This document shows positions 24,640 through 38,429 of a stretch of 64,000 nucleotides of DNA, in pieces (the stretch's first letter is position 1; the number at the start of each line of letters is the position of its first letter). This DNA comes from Mobula hypostoma (lineage: Eukaryota), in contig NC_086097.1 of the NCBI RefSeq assembly GCF_963921235.1, positions 129,024,001 through 129,088,000 on the forward strand, read 5' to 3'. Made by a program: the position numbers and the translations under genes. The notes beneath the pieces are model-generated. The model was not told the origin of the DNA. It made no database searches and saw only the letters and a program-made list of their open reading frames with translations.

Positions 24640-25090
24640 TCTGATTGTCTATACTTATATACTTTATACTTTATTGTCGCCAAACAATTGGTACTAGAAC
24701 GTACAATCATCACAGCGATATTTGATTCTGCGCTTCCCACTCCCTGGATTACAAATATTAAATATTAAAAATAGTAAAAATTAATAAATATTAAAGATTT
24801 AAAATCACAAATAGAAAATAGAAAAATGGAAAGTAAGGTAGTGCAAAAAACCGAGAGACAGGTCCGGATATTTGGAGGGTACGGCCCAGATCCGGGTCAG
24901 GATCCATTCAGCAGTCTTATCACAGTTGGAAAGAAGCTGTTCCCAAATCTGGCCATACGAGTCTTCAAGCTCCTGAGCCTTCTCCCGGAGGGAAGAGGGA
25001 TGAAAAGTGTGTTGGCTGGGTGGGTCATGTCCTTCATTATCCTGGCAGCACAGCTCCGACAGCGTGCGGTGTAAAGTGAGTCCACGGACG
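24640..25090 (-). mobile_element. Rex1-like LINE 3' end
   Basis: HPANTLFIPLPSGRRLRSLKTRMARFGNSFFPTVIRLLN; aataaagtat tail. Confidence 0.85.
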
Positions 25091-27745
25091 ATCTAATCCT
25101 TTATTTCTTGAAAAGAATTTAAAAGCTTTCCTGTTAATGAACATGTTAAATGAAGAGTGCATATATTTAAAAGGTGTATAGACCTCATCCATGGACTGAA
25201 CCATTGCTTTTGATGAGCCAAAATCTAAAGGCAAAGAACTAACAGAAAGTCCAAGCCATGGTCAGTATTCATTAAGCCTCTCTAATAAGAGATACTTGAA
25301 GAACAAATAGCATACCGACATCCACTGCAACAGCTCACCCACAGAGACTGGATAGTTGGAACAAACTCAACAGGACTAGCAACAACTCTTCCTCAGGCAG
25401 CTGGAGATAGTTGCATTTGGAAAGGAAAATTGTAAAACCAAACTTAATGACCAATTCACATCTCAGGCAAAGTACCATGTTTGCATGACAAATGAGTGCA
25501 AACCAGAATAATAAATCTATCATCAACAATTATTTCTACATAGCTAGCTCATATTTTAACCGTAAATTATTGACTTAGATTTTCTTCGGCACTTAAACCT
25601 ACAATGAAATTTTGCTACATTGGAACATTCCAGCAGACAAGTGGTTAAACTTAGTTAAATTGTTATAGAGTAATACAGCATGGAAACTAGCCCTTTGGCC
25701 TAACCCATCCCTACTAACCAAGATGTCCATCTAAATTATTCCCAATTACCCACGTCCTTCTAAACCTTTCCAATCCAAGTATATACATAGATAAGGAACA
25801 AAAGATATAGTCTTACATCCTGCAAATAGGATTAGTGTAGCTGGCTAAAAAGGTCCACAAGGGCTGAAAGCTTTGCTGTATAAGCTGGCAAAATTTTCTT
25901 CATGAATAGAATAAAATGTATTCAACAACTGATGTGATCTGGGAATAGAAACATGGCAGTTAAGTTATGCAATCAGAGTTTTGTCTCATTGGTCAGAGAA
26001 GTGAGTTGAATCCTATTGTCATAACTGGCGAATATAAATTCAAGTAATTAAATAAATCTGCACTCAAAACATTGTTTCATTAAACACTGAATTATTGAAA
26101 TAACACTTCTGGATCAATCATGTCAAACTAGGAAAGAAATCCCCTCTCCTTAGTCTATCTGATCCATGGGTGGGTCCAGACTCACCAATAAGATTTGCCC
26201 TTAACTGCCTCCAAAGTTCCAAGGCAGTAAAGAATGGACAATAAATGCTGGTGTTGCTAGCACCACTCATATACTGTGACAGTTAACTAAGGCAACCTGT
26301 CATTACAGGAAGCTTTCCTAAGAGGAGAGCTATGTAGGAGGGAGGGGTTAGATTAATTTCGAAGTTGGCTAAATAGTCAGAACAACGTTGTGGGCCAGAT
26401 GGCTTGTATGTGCTATAATGTTCTATGTTCCATATTCTATGCTCTAAAACAAGGCATACTGCGATTCTCCGTAATGCATATATCAAGAAAAACAAGTTGA
26501 AGAAAGATAAATTTTGTGTATTTATTTATTTACACTTTTTTTCACACAAGTCTGAGGGGGCAAATTTTCTCCTGTTTCACAAATATTTGGACGTTGATTT
26601 ACGAATTCTGTAAGGGTAAATTTCCATAATCTGTACTACCTTAATATGGAAGTAGCCTCCAATATTACGAAAGTTAAGACCAGAAAATGCTCAGCAGGTC
26701 AGGCAGTGTTTGCAAAGAGAGCAACAGAGTTAACATTTCAGATTAATAAATTTTAATCAAAGCCAGACTGGAAAACTGATGACCAAAATCACACTTTAAT
26801 CAAAACAAAGCTCACTAACCATAACAGTTACTTTATGCAAGAACTAGAATAATGCATGTTAGTTTCTCACACAACTTACTATTCCAAAGAAATGAATCAA
26901 ACCCTTAAATAGTCAATTGTTATGGGGGGGGCATGAATAACTGGAAGAAGTATTTAACTGCAATCCTCTTGAATCCTCTTAAAATGAAATAGTGAAATAT
27001 TTGACAATGAGTGCTCTGTAAAGGCCAATGCAAAGAGGCAACATTTTAAATCCTGTTAGCTGAATAAGGCATAAGATTCACACATCAGGAACATTCTCCT
27101 GCCAAGAATTGACAGTGATGATTAGAGAGAATTTTCTGTCAGATGATTTCTTCATAACTTAAATTACAAAGGAAGACTTTTTAAACTGTAAATTGACGCA
27201 TGCCTTTATAATAAATGTCTTGCTGCAATAATACTAAATTATGTGCTGCAGAAGGTGATCTGTATGACATCTGCAAACATCTGGCTAAACTCTCCCTTAA
27301 CAGGGATGAAATTATTTATTTAATGCAATTGGTTAAACCAACTGCAGACATAAAACTCTCAGTTTCTGTAGCCTTAGCTTTGTTTATTTTAACTCTAACA
27401 TTTAGAATAATGCTATCAAGAATTATTTGTTGGTATAGGATGACTGCACTTGATTGTGCTAGGCTGAAGAACCTATTTCTATGCTATATGGTTTTATGAT
27501 TACACCCAAGGTCCACCAAGCAGTTAGCTATGCCTTAAATTCACATCACTTTTTCCAAACATTCCTTATTGCAGCTCCTACTCACCAAAAAGAAAACAGT
27601 GCTAATTTAATCACAATTCATTTGGTATCCAAAGGAATGTGGTGATACCTATGACATCAAAATAAAGTCAGATGTCCAACCTGATGGAAGTATTTTAATA
27701 ACTTTTCCTTTTTGCATTTCATTTTCTCTTTGTGCTTGTTTTGCA

Positions 27746-27776
<31 letters not shown>

Positions 27777-30700
27777 ACATGAAAATCTCTCTCCACTTCC
27801 TTTACACCAGTGGGAATACTTCCCTTGTGGGTGATAGGATCTCTTTGGGAGGGTCAAAGGTTGCCCTGGAGAGGAAGTGACAAGCTGCGAAATGTAAAAG
27901 AACAATTTTTTCCACATGTTCTTGTGCTCTAAAAGTTGTATGGGGTTGTCAGCCAATATCATTTTAAAATGGGCCAGGTTACAATATAACATGCCTGTCA
28001 AATTCAATTTATAATTAGACTGGCTGTATTTAGTTATGAAGTTTTACTGTTCTAGTAAGTTAAATCTACATGCCACATATATCAGCAAATGATGTTTGAA
28101 GTTAACTTTGAAAACTTTCAAAGTTGTTTAAACACAAAAATAATTTTTCCTTTTTGCACAAGGATCAGATTTAACTGCAGGATATAAATCAATCCATTTG
28201 CTTCCTTTGGCACTGAGAGGAGATTTTATTCAGTACATTGTTGCATATATTTACATTTTATAGTGGGAGATGTTAAACGGAGCTCCTTTGAGAAGGACTC
28301 CTATTAGTACAGTCTGTATATACTCGCAAGAAGGCAACGTAACCTATAATGTTTGAGCTTACAATTTCTCAAGATGCAGCACAAGTAAAACTCATCATAA
28401 CTCAGACATTCATTGAAGCAAATTAAGAATTCCCTTATTCTTCTGAGAACTTTAAAATTGTTAATCTGCTTGTTTATTTTATTGTACCATTCTTTGACTT
28501 TAATACAACTCCGATGTTTAATTCCTTATTTAAATATATCATGATTTGTACCTATGGATTTGATAATTTGAGATAGTAATCTTCAGCATCTTTTTTGTTG
28601 CTGTCAACATCACTCTACAGCACATGGGTTTGATTTCATGTGGCTCCGTGCAGACATAAGTAGACAAAGTCTATCAAAAATAGGCTGGATCAGACTGCCA
28701 AGCCTTCCTCCAGGAACTTTGCAAGACGCTCAGAAGAGTCCGCAAGATCATTGAAGGAAACGTTCCCTGGTCAGGTAATAATCTACCTTTAAATAGGATA
28801 ATCCTACTCATCTTGTACCACCTCTGTAGAGAGATAGCTGATTCAGGTGGTCGCAACCTATTTTATGCCTTGGACAAATACCATTAAGCAAGGTGTCCGT
28901 GGACCCCAGGTTAGGAGGCCCTAAGCAGGCTGATCCACTGTTCCCCATACATCACTCTGGGGCATGCAGTAATAAATTTAAACTACTAACACACATGTTA
29001 TATAATAACAAAATTAAATATTTAAGTCCCATAACATAGATTGTTGTACAACCAACTTCAAAGTGCAAATGGGTGCAAATTCAAATTTAACTGTACAAAT
29101 TCCAAACTCGCCAATTAAGGAAAACCTGACGACTGAGGAACTTAATTGTGTTCAGGTAAAAAAAATGTCTAATTGCATTGGACAAGTTCTTTTCTATGCT
29201 AGCACATTATATAAACCTTATATAGAGAGGTATCTGGATAGAATACGAATAAACTATGGAATGTTGTAGCTTGTCAAGTCATATACACTTGAAATGAAAA
29301 ATTTGTAGGGCTGTAATGAAAAGGCAAGGTAATTAGAGTATATTTGATAGCCCTCAAAGGGCTGGCACAGGGATGTTGGGATGAACATCCTCTTTATCTC
29401 CTCTACAGTACACACAACAAATCAGCTAGGAACGAGGGTACACAAATGTTCAATTTGTTTTCCCACAGATAACCTAGGGTAGCAAACACATGAATATTAT
29501 TTAATAAAAACAAGGAAATCTGTGTTAATTGTGATGCTTGCTAAAACAGGATATAGCTGAAAAAATATATACTTAACAAGCAGTGCTGCAAAAAAAGTAT
29601 TTTCATGACTGATAAGACCACCAAGGTGAAAAAAGTTCTTCATCCAAATTTTCTAGATTGCAAGGCGTATCACAAACTGACACTCAAAATATCGGTAAAC
29701 TTTTCTTTAACATCACCTCTACTTTGATAGCTTTGAAGATGGATTTCTCTGAAATGTAAGACCATTTCTATTGTTTCTGCCTGTACAGCGACCAGTGAAA
29801 TCCTCAAGATCACCGTGCCTGTGAGACAGGAGACTTCCCCTTGTAAAGATTGGAAGGAGGCATTTTGGACACAAAAGCAATTCAGCTCAGCTCAAATAAT
29901 TTTCTTCAAATAATTTGCTAAGAAATTAATCAAAGGATTCCATATATCTTCAGACCACATGTTTAAAAATGTATTACATTTAAGATCCACAAAAGTGTTC
30001 CACTGCAAGATGAAAAACTGTCCTTCGAGAATAAAAGCCAACCGCCAGAAGCAACTTGGTAACCTCACTGCAATAGATGAGGATGTAAGTAATATTCATG
30101 TCAAATGACCACACACATCATAGGCTCCTTGTTGATATCTTAATGGGATCTTACTCAAGTTAGCATAGACCTCTGAACCTCAGAGGCAGCATAATGATCC
30201 CTAAGTGGACTTACACATTAATATAAATGACTGCTAGTCTGTTCACCAAGAGCTTTAATCTGGGAAAGGTCCTGAGTTTAACAAAACTTTAAGTTCTGTG
30301 GCACAGCTGTACTCTAGCAGTAATTTTAGATTTCCCTTGCAACCCATCACAAATACAACAATTACAATGTAATCCAATAATGGTTATCACATTTTTATAA
30401 CTCGTTGTATCCCACTATTTTCTCTGGCTGCATCACATAATATTGCAAGAGTTCATTCGTCTCCTAAGAGGCTGGAAAATATTTATCTCTCACCAGAGAT
30501 CAATTTGGCAACCGACAGCTAGGAACTTAAGGTATTTTTTTGCATTACAGCACTTATAAAAATTTTTAAACAAGAACTAATCCAATGCTTGTGTGCTAAC
30601 CAACAATTAAATGAAAAAGATTCAAGTGCATAAGTTTTTCTTTCAATATGTGATAGTTGAATATTCATGTTAACCTTTCACTCTACAAAAAAGCACATGC

Positions 30701-31119
30701 TTCTTGGGACATAGGTAGGGTTATTCATGTCAGCTGTGATTCTGTTAATAAACAGAAAATTAAAGGCTTGAGTTCCACTCCAGACACAAGCCCTTAACCT
30801 GATGATCCAAAGTGGTACTGAGGATATGAGGCTTAGCCAGAGCTGCTATCCTTTGAATAGGACATAAAACAAACCGGTTCCATCTTTAACAACAGAGGTG
30901 TCATCACTAATCTCCCAGCCGAAATTTATTCTGTAAAGCTAACACTTAATTAATATGCCCTTTCTGCTCATGGGAGCTTGCTATTCTGAAAACTAGCAAC
31001 TATGTGTGGTACATCAGAGAGTTTTCACTTCATTATCTACTCCAATGGCTTTCAGATGTGTTGGGGTCATGAAAGTTATTGCCTGTTTGCATATCTTTCT
31101 TCAGCCTACCAAGTGATGA

Positions 31120-33390
31120 CATAAAACATAAGACATAAGAGCAGAACTAGCCCACTCAGACCATCAAGTCTGCTCCGCCATTCCATCACAGCTGACCCCA
31201 GATCCCACTCAACCCCATACACCTGCCTTCTTACTATTTCCATTGATATATCAACTTCAGCCTTAAAGATACCCACGGACTTGGCCGCCACTGCAGTCTA
31301 TGGCAGAGCATTCCATAGATTCAGTACTCTCTGGCTAAAAAAATTCTTCTGTTCTAAAAGGTTGCCCCTCAATTTTGAGGCTATACCCTCTAGTTCTGGA
31401 TACCCCCACCATAAGAAACATATTCTTCACAGTCACCTTATCTAGTCCTTTCAGCATTCAGTTGGTTTCAATGAGCTTCCCATACATTCTTCTAAATTCT
31501 ACTGAAGCTGCCAAATGCTTCACATATATTAACCCCTTCATTCCCAGAATCATCCCCGCAAACCTCTCTGGACCCTCTCCAATGACAACACACCCTTTCT
31601 GAGATATGGGGCTCAAAATTGTTGACAATACTCCAAGTGTGGCCTGAATCGTGTCTTATAAAGTTTCAGCATTATCTCCTTGATTTTATATTCTATTCCC
31701 CTTGAAATAAATGCCAACATTGCATTGGCCTTCTTTACCACAAACTCAACCTGAAAATTAACTTTCTGGGAGTCTAAGTCCTAAGTTTTTCCTAAGTCTT
31801 TCCTAAGACTTTCCTAAGTCCTTCTGCACCTCTGATGTTTAAACCTTCTCCTCATTTAGATAATAGTCCGTACCGTTGTTCCTTTTATCAAAATGCATTA
31901 TCATTCATTTCCCAACACTGTAATCCATTTGCCACTTTTTTGCCTATTCTTCCAATATGTTTAAGTCTTGTTGCAATTAATTGCTTCCTCAGCACTACCT
32001 ACCCTTCCACCTATCTTCGTATCATCTGCAAACTTGACCACAAAGCCATCAATTTCACTATCTAAATCACTGATAAACAATGTGAAAAGTAGTGGTCCCA
32101 ATACTGACCCCTGAGGAGCACCACTAGAAACGGCCCCCTTTATTCCCACTCACTGCTTCCTGCCCATCAGCCATTCCTCTATCCATGCCAGTATCTTTCC
32201 TGTAATGCCACAGGATTTTATCTTGTTAAGCTGCCTCATTTGTGGCACCTTATCAAACACCTTCTGAAAATCCAAGTAAATGATATCCGCTGCCTCTCCT
32301 TTGTCCACTCTGTTTGTTACTTCCTTGAAGAACTTTAACAGATTTATCAGGCAAGATTTCCCTTGATAGAAACCATGCTGACTTTGACTTATTTTAATAT
32401 TAGTCTCCAAAGACCCCAAAACCTCATCCTTAATAATAGTCTCCAACACTTTCCCAGCCACGGAAGTTAGACTAACTGGCCTATAATTTCTTTTCTTTTG
32501 CCTTTCTCCCTTCTTAAAGAGTGGAGTGACATGTGCAATCTTCTAGTCCTCTGGGACCATGCCAGAATCAAGTGATTCTTAAAAGATCATGACTAATACA
32601 TCTGTTGTCTCTTCAGCAACCTCTCTCAGGACCTCTGGCATACAGCTAGTGTCTTCCACAGTAAAGGCTGAAGCAAAGTGCTTAATAAATTCATCTGCCG
32701 TTTCTTTCTCTTCCATTACTATCTGACCAGCATCATTTTCCGGTGGTCCAATATCAACTCTCACCTCCCTTTTACTCCTTATATAAGTGAAAAAATGTTC
32801 AGTGACCTGCTTTATATTATTGGCTAGTTTGCCCTCATATTTTATCTTTTCTCTTCTTAAAGCTTTTTTAGTTGCCTTCTGTTGGATTTTAAAAGCTTTC
32901 CACTCAGTTCTTCTACCTTATGTGCCCTTTCCTTGGCTAATATGCAGCCTTAACTTCCCTTGTCAGCCACAGTTGCATTCCCCTGCCATTTGAGAACTTC
33001 TTTTGTGTGGCATATTTATCCTGCGCCTTGTGAACTATTCCCAAAAATTTTAGCTACCTCCACTCTGCCATCATCCCTGCTCCTATCCTCCTCCAATCCA
33101 ACTGTGCAAACTCCTCTCTCATGCCTCTGTAATTCCCTTTATTCCACTGCGATACTGACCCATGTGACATGCTTCTCCCTCGCAAATTACAGTATGAATT
33201 CAATCATATTATGATCACTGTCTCCTAAGGGTTCCTTTACATTAAGCTCCCTAATAAGATCTGGGTTATTACACAACACCCAATCTAAGACAGCCTTTCC
33301 CCGAGTAGGCTCAAGCACAAGCTGCTCTAAAAAGCCATCTCGTAGGCATTCAACAAATACCCTCTCTTGTGATTCAACACCAACCCGATA
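31120..33390 (-). mobile_element. Long decayed CR1 (APE-RT ORF2 remnants)
   Basis: EPTRGKAVLDWVL...LGDSDHNMIEF; SQHGF..GKSCLINLL..YLDFQKVFDKVP; PQGSVLGPLLF..KFADDTK; (cataaga) tail. Confidence 0.92.
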
Positions 33391-33599
33391 CAGATAAAAG
33401 TCCCAGTTAGGCACCAAGCTGTCTTTCATATTCCAGTGAAGTTTCATGGCCATTTGACTTATTTGTAGGAAAATTTGTGCAGGACACACCCAGGTTCATT
33501 AGAACTCCACAATGCTTTGTTACCAATACAAAACCAGAAAATGGTAGAAAATCCTAATAGTTATTTGAACCATTTTCTAATCACTCTTGCATGGACAGT

Positions 33600-34600
33600 T
33601 ATTGTTGCTCAACCATAAATGCCCTGAAGAAGGTGGTGGTGAGCAACATTCTTGAATATCCGTACTCCTTAATAAGATGCTCCTAAAATAATGTTGGGTA
33701 GATAATTCAGATTCTGATTCAGAATCATTTTATCACATGTAACAGTGAAGGGATACTAATATACTTCCAAGTCATGACAGGTAATCTGTAGCTGCTGATG
33801 TTCACAGATGTGCTTGTCTTTCTTGGTGGTTGGGATTATGTGTTTGAAGGGAGCATTTGGAACAGCCACAGCAAGCAACAGCAGTGCATATTGTGGATGG
33901 TAGACACCGCAGGCATCGTGTGCTGCTGGTGGAGGGAATGAATGTCTAGTATATTTGATGAGGTGCCAATCACGTGGCTGCTTTGCCTTAGTGGTATCAA
34001 GCTCTTGAGTATTGTTGAAGTTCTGCCCATTCAGGGAAGTGGAGAGTATTTCAAGTGTCTTGACTTGTGTCTTGTCGATGGTGGAAAGAGTGTCAGAAAG
34101 TGAGTCACTCATTGCAAGATACCCCATCTCTGACAAAATCTTCATTTCATTTCAAGTACATTTATCATTTAAGAATGTATAGATTATACAACCTTGAGAT
34201 TTGTTTGCTCACAGGTAGCCACAAAGCAAGAAACCTGAAAGAATCTAATTTAAAGAAAAAAAAGAATAAAAATAAAAGACCAACTCCTGATGCTCAAGAG
34301 AAAGAAAAAAATACAAGTCATTCAAACAACTGAAGCAAACAACAGCCATGAGGGTTTTTGTAGCCACAAGGACAGAGCACAGATCAAGTGACCGGTCCAA
34401 TTGATTTCATGGTCAATAGTGAACTTCAAGATGTTGTCAGTGGAGCACTCAATGGTGTTAGTTAAAGAGTAAGTAGTGAGATCTATCCATTGTGGAAACA
34501 ACCATGGCCTGGCACCTGCCTACAGCAAACACAGGGACATCAATGGAATTTATTAAATGAATAGTTTCAAGTAGCCACTCATTCTCAAATGTTGCCCCTT
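33600..34600 (-). mobile_element. Old CR1-clade LINE fragment interrupted by a Rex1-tail element (about 34140-34345)
   Basis: LDIHSLHQQHTMPAVSTIHNMHC, resembling the CR1-clade C-terminal HSL.HRR.VA motif. Confidence 0.55.
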
Positions 34601-35729
34601 GGGATTGAGAATGATTATGTTCACTCTACTTAGATGGATTCTGAAATATGGGTACCAGTGTCACTGCCACAGATGGGGCAGGAGATTGCCAAAGGGACAG
34701 GGAAGTGGGTAGTTCGAGAGATGGTGTATTATTTCCTCCATGTGTTTTGATGGTTGACCTCGAGATTAGCCACAGCATCCCAAATACTCCGCATCCACCT
34801 TGAATGGTCATTGGGATTCTCATGAGTCAGAGAACATGTTGCAGTTCTTCAAGGAGACTGAGCACAGCCCTGAATCCACCCCTCTCTCTGCCTGATCACC
34901 TTTTTCAAGGGCACAGCTCAGAACAAAGTCATTTTATTCGGAGTCTGGTATTGGGCATGCAAATAATTGGTTTAGCCATTGTAATTTATCAGGGGATGCG
35001 AGCCTGACAGAGAATATTGACATTGGTTCACTTGTGTTTGAGCAAATTTCAAGGCTTTTATAGTGACAATGTTATATTTACTTTCTTCCAAATGCACAAC
35101 AATCAACAAAAACTTGAAACTAAGACAACTGCATTTATCTCAACAGCCATGAATGTCTATGAACTGAAAAACCTTGTGTTTAACGCCTCTGTACGGCATT
35201 ACAGAAGAATAACGCATAAAAATCAAGCTATATTATGACTACTTCAGATAACTATCTAGTACATTAACCATGCTCAATGGCATGAACATCCCAATGACCC
35301 AAGTAAAAAAACATTTCCATTGACAATTCATGGGAAAAGCTACCAACCATCAATTAGCAAGCACTGCAAAGCCATCTAATCAAATTAATCTTTTTTTTTA
35401 AACCCAGTAATCCAGAACGAGCAACAACAAAATAATTCAATTACCATGATTAACATTTTCATTTCCCATTCAGGCCGGTACATTTAGTTAAAGAACATCT
35501 GCAAGAGAAGATAATTTGGTAGGGAAAATGGAAGCAATATCATTAAATTTATCCATAATATTAGTCAATTATCAGAAATAGCTTATGTTTACCTCACAAA
35601 GGCCTTGTGCTCTCCAAGGACCCGAGAGTTTGATTGCTGATTCAACCCAGAATTTAGAAATCTCACCTGGGACTGAGTGTTGGGCTGTTTCGCCTACTGT
35701 GAACAATTTGTGAGAGAGCTGTCTGGGCC

Positions 35730-36055
35730 ATTGAGTCAAAGGGTTATACCACACTGAAACAGGCCCTTTGGCCCCACTGGTCCATTCTGACCAAGTGCCC
35801 ATCTAAACTAGTTCCATTTGCTCATGTCTGGCCAATAAACTTCTAAACCTTTCTTAACCATGTACCTGTCCAAATGTCTTTCAAAAGTTGTTCATGTACC
35901 AGTCTTAGCCACTTAACTAGCAGCTCATTCCATACACCACATCCCTCCATGTAAAACAAGTTGCCCCTCAAATTCCTACTAAATCCCTCTCCTTTCACAT
36001 TAAATCTATGCCCTCTGGTTCTTGATTCACCAACCATGCAAAAGACTGAGTGCAT
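35730..36055 (-). mobile_element. CR1 3' end
   Basis: GESRTRGHRFNVKGEGFSRNLRGNLF. Confidence 0.8.
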
Positions 36056-37439
36056 AGATTTATTTCCTGAGAGAAGTAATGCATTAGGCCTTTAATCAAA
36101 ATATTATATACTCAGCAAGCAGGATATCTACCAGGTGCCCACCTTGGACAAGTAAAGCATGGGTCTTTGTGACCAACATCTGCTGAGAGCATCCTGAAAG
36201 AAGAACACCAAATTTCGATAACACCCTACTCTTATATAATTATTGGAATCATTTGATTTGTTCTTCTCAGATCCAAAGTGGATGAATTTACATGTGCCCT
36301 TAGATTTGCCCATAAATGTAAACCACGGTGTCCAATTATTTTCAGTAAATTTGTGACTATAGCTATAATTCTTCCTCCAGGACCCTTGGCTCAACGTTAA
36401 GGCTGCATTACAGATAGAATAACACATGTCACCATGCATCAATTGGAAAATTCATCCATTACCACTATGCTCTGTTCCTTCCCTACAATTGTAATCTATG
36501 CCAAAGTTTACCTCCCATTATATGGACTCATATTTCTTGGTCATAGTCTCTCTTGAGGAACCTTACCAACAGTCTTTGGGCAGCCCACCTGAAAATATTC
36601 ATTCGGCCACAACCAATCTTCAGAAAACAGAATTCAACTCACTGAATCAAACATGCATACTCTTCAGAAATCTGGATAAAGTACTTTATCCGCGGAGAAA
36701 TTTAAACTAATATGAATTCTCTTTTAATAATATGTCTTTTGTTCAGTCCTTTTCCTTAAATAATGGATTGACATTTGCAATTTTCCACCTAAAGTGTACA
36801 AATTCTAAATCCAGAGAGTGTCTAATTTTTCTTTCATTTCCTGAATACCTACTGTATATAATCAATCAGATGCAAGAGGAACTCAGCAGGTTAGGCAGTG
36901 CCTGAGAGAAGGAAATGAACAGCTGATGTTGCAGCTTCTAGAGATCTGCCTAACTTATCCCATTACTTTCTCTTGCTGCTTTCGTTTAACCCAATAAACC
37001 TTCTCCCTTTCACTAGTTTTATGTTTCTTTGCACAGCAGTTTTTTTTAATCTTTTCCTTCGATTGTAAGAATAGATGTAATGCACACAGCTAATAAGTCC
37101 AATTTTCTCTTAGTGATCACAATACTATTGGATAACACTTTTTGTTTTGAGTTAGAAGATCATGGGGGTCAAGTCATGATCTGGATGCTTGAGGACAGAA
37201 ATCCAGGCTGGCACTGATAGGGAAGCTGACTTTGAAACACAAGATGTAAGCAATAGGAACAAGAGTGGGCCAGCTAGACCACTCCACACCTGAACCATCT
37301 CCAACCTCCATCGGTTTATAAAGCCCGAAATGTGTACCACTACACTACTCGCAATATTCATGCTTTAATTTTGTTTAATAATCTCTTATGTGGAATCTTA
37401 CCAAAGAGCTTCAGTAAACCTAAATGTAGCACATCCACA

Positions 37440-38161
37440 GCAACACACACAAAATGCTGGAGGAACTCTGCAGGCCGGGCAGCATCTATGGAAAAGAGTA
37501 AACAGTTGACGTTTTGGGCCAAGATCCTTCATCACGATTAGAAAGAAAAGGGAGAAATCAGAGTAAGAAGGTGGAGGGAGCGGAGGAAAAAGTACATGGT
37601 GGCAGGTGGTAGGTGAAACTGGGAGAGAGGAAGGGGAGTGAAGTAAAGAGCTCGGAAGTTGATTGGTGAAAGAGATAAAGGGCTGGAGAAGGTGGTATCT
37701 GATCAGAGAGGGTAGAAGACCATGGAAACAAGGGAAGGAGGAGGAGCACCAGAGGGAGGTGATGGGCAGGTAAGGAGATAAGATGAGAGAGGGAAACAGG
37801 AATGGGGAATGGTGAAGGGAGGGGGTGCAATTAGCTGAAGTTCAAGAAATTGATTTTCATGCCATCATGAAATATAAAGTGTTGCTCCTCCAATCTGAGT
37901 GTGGCCTCATTGTGACAGTAGAGGAGGCCATGGACTGACATATCGGACTGGGAACGGAAAGTACAATTGAAATGGTTGGCTATTGAGAGATCCCGCTTTT
38001 TCCAGCAGATGGAACGTAGGCGCTCAGCAAAGTTGTCTCCCAATCTATGTTGCGTCTCACTGATATACAGGAGGCCACACCAGGAGCACTGGATACAGTA
38101 GTTGACCCCAAAAGACCCACAGGTGAAGTGTTACCTCACCTGAAAGGACAGTTTGGGGCCC
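37440..38161 (-). mobile_element. Penelope-like element (same family as 1748-2568)
   Basis: GDNFAERLRSI...IANHFN...EATLRLEEQHFIF; pLTR caacacacacaaaatgctggaggaactc... with a mutated hammerhead core. Confidence 0.88.
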
Positions 38162-38174
38162 TTCACCGAACATC

Positions 38175-38429
38175 TGCGCTTAATTTACAGCACGGAATTG
38201 GCCCTTCCGGCCCTCGAGCCATGCCACCTAGCAAGCCCCCGATTTAATCCTAGCCTAATCCTGCGACAATTTACAATGACCAATCTGTATGAGGAGACTG
38301 GAGTACCTGGAGGAAACCCATTCAGTCACAAGAGAACGTACAAACTCCTTACAGGCAGTGGCGGGAATTGAACCCAGGTCACTGGAACTGTAAAGCGTTG
38401 TGCTAACCACTATGCTACCGTAACGCCCC
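38175..38429 (-). mobile_element. tRNA-derived V-SINE
   Basis: Minus-strand head ggggcgttacggtagcatagtggttagc...ggttcaattcc. Confidence 0.8.

Noticed and set aside
29640..30070. Acceptor-like sites and short open frames on the minus strand
   Set aside because: No convincing paired donor in a compatible phase and no recognisable peptide.
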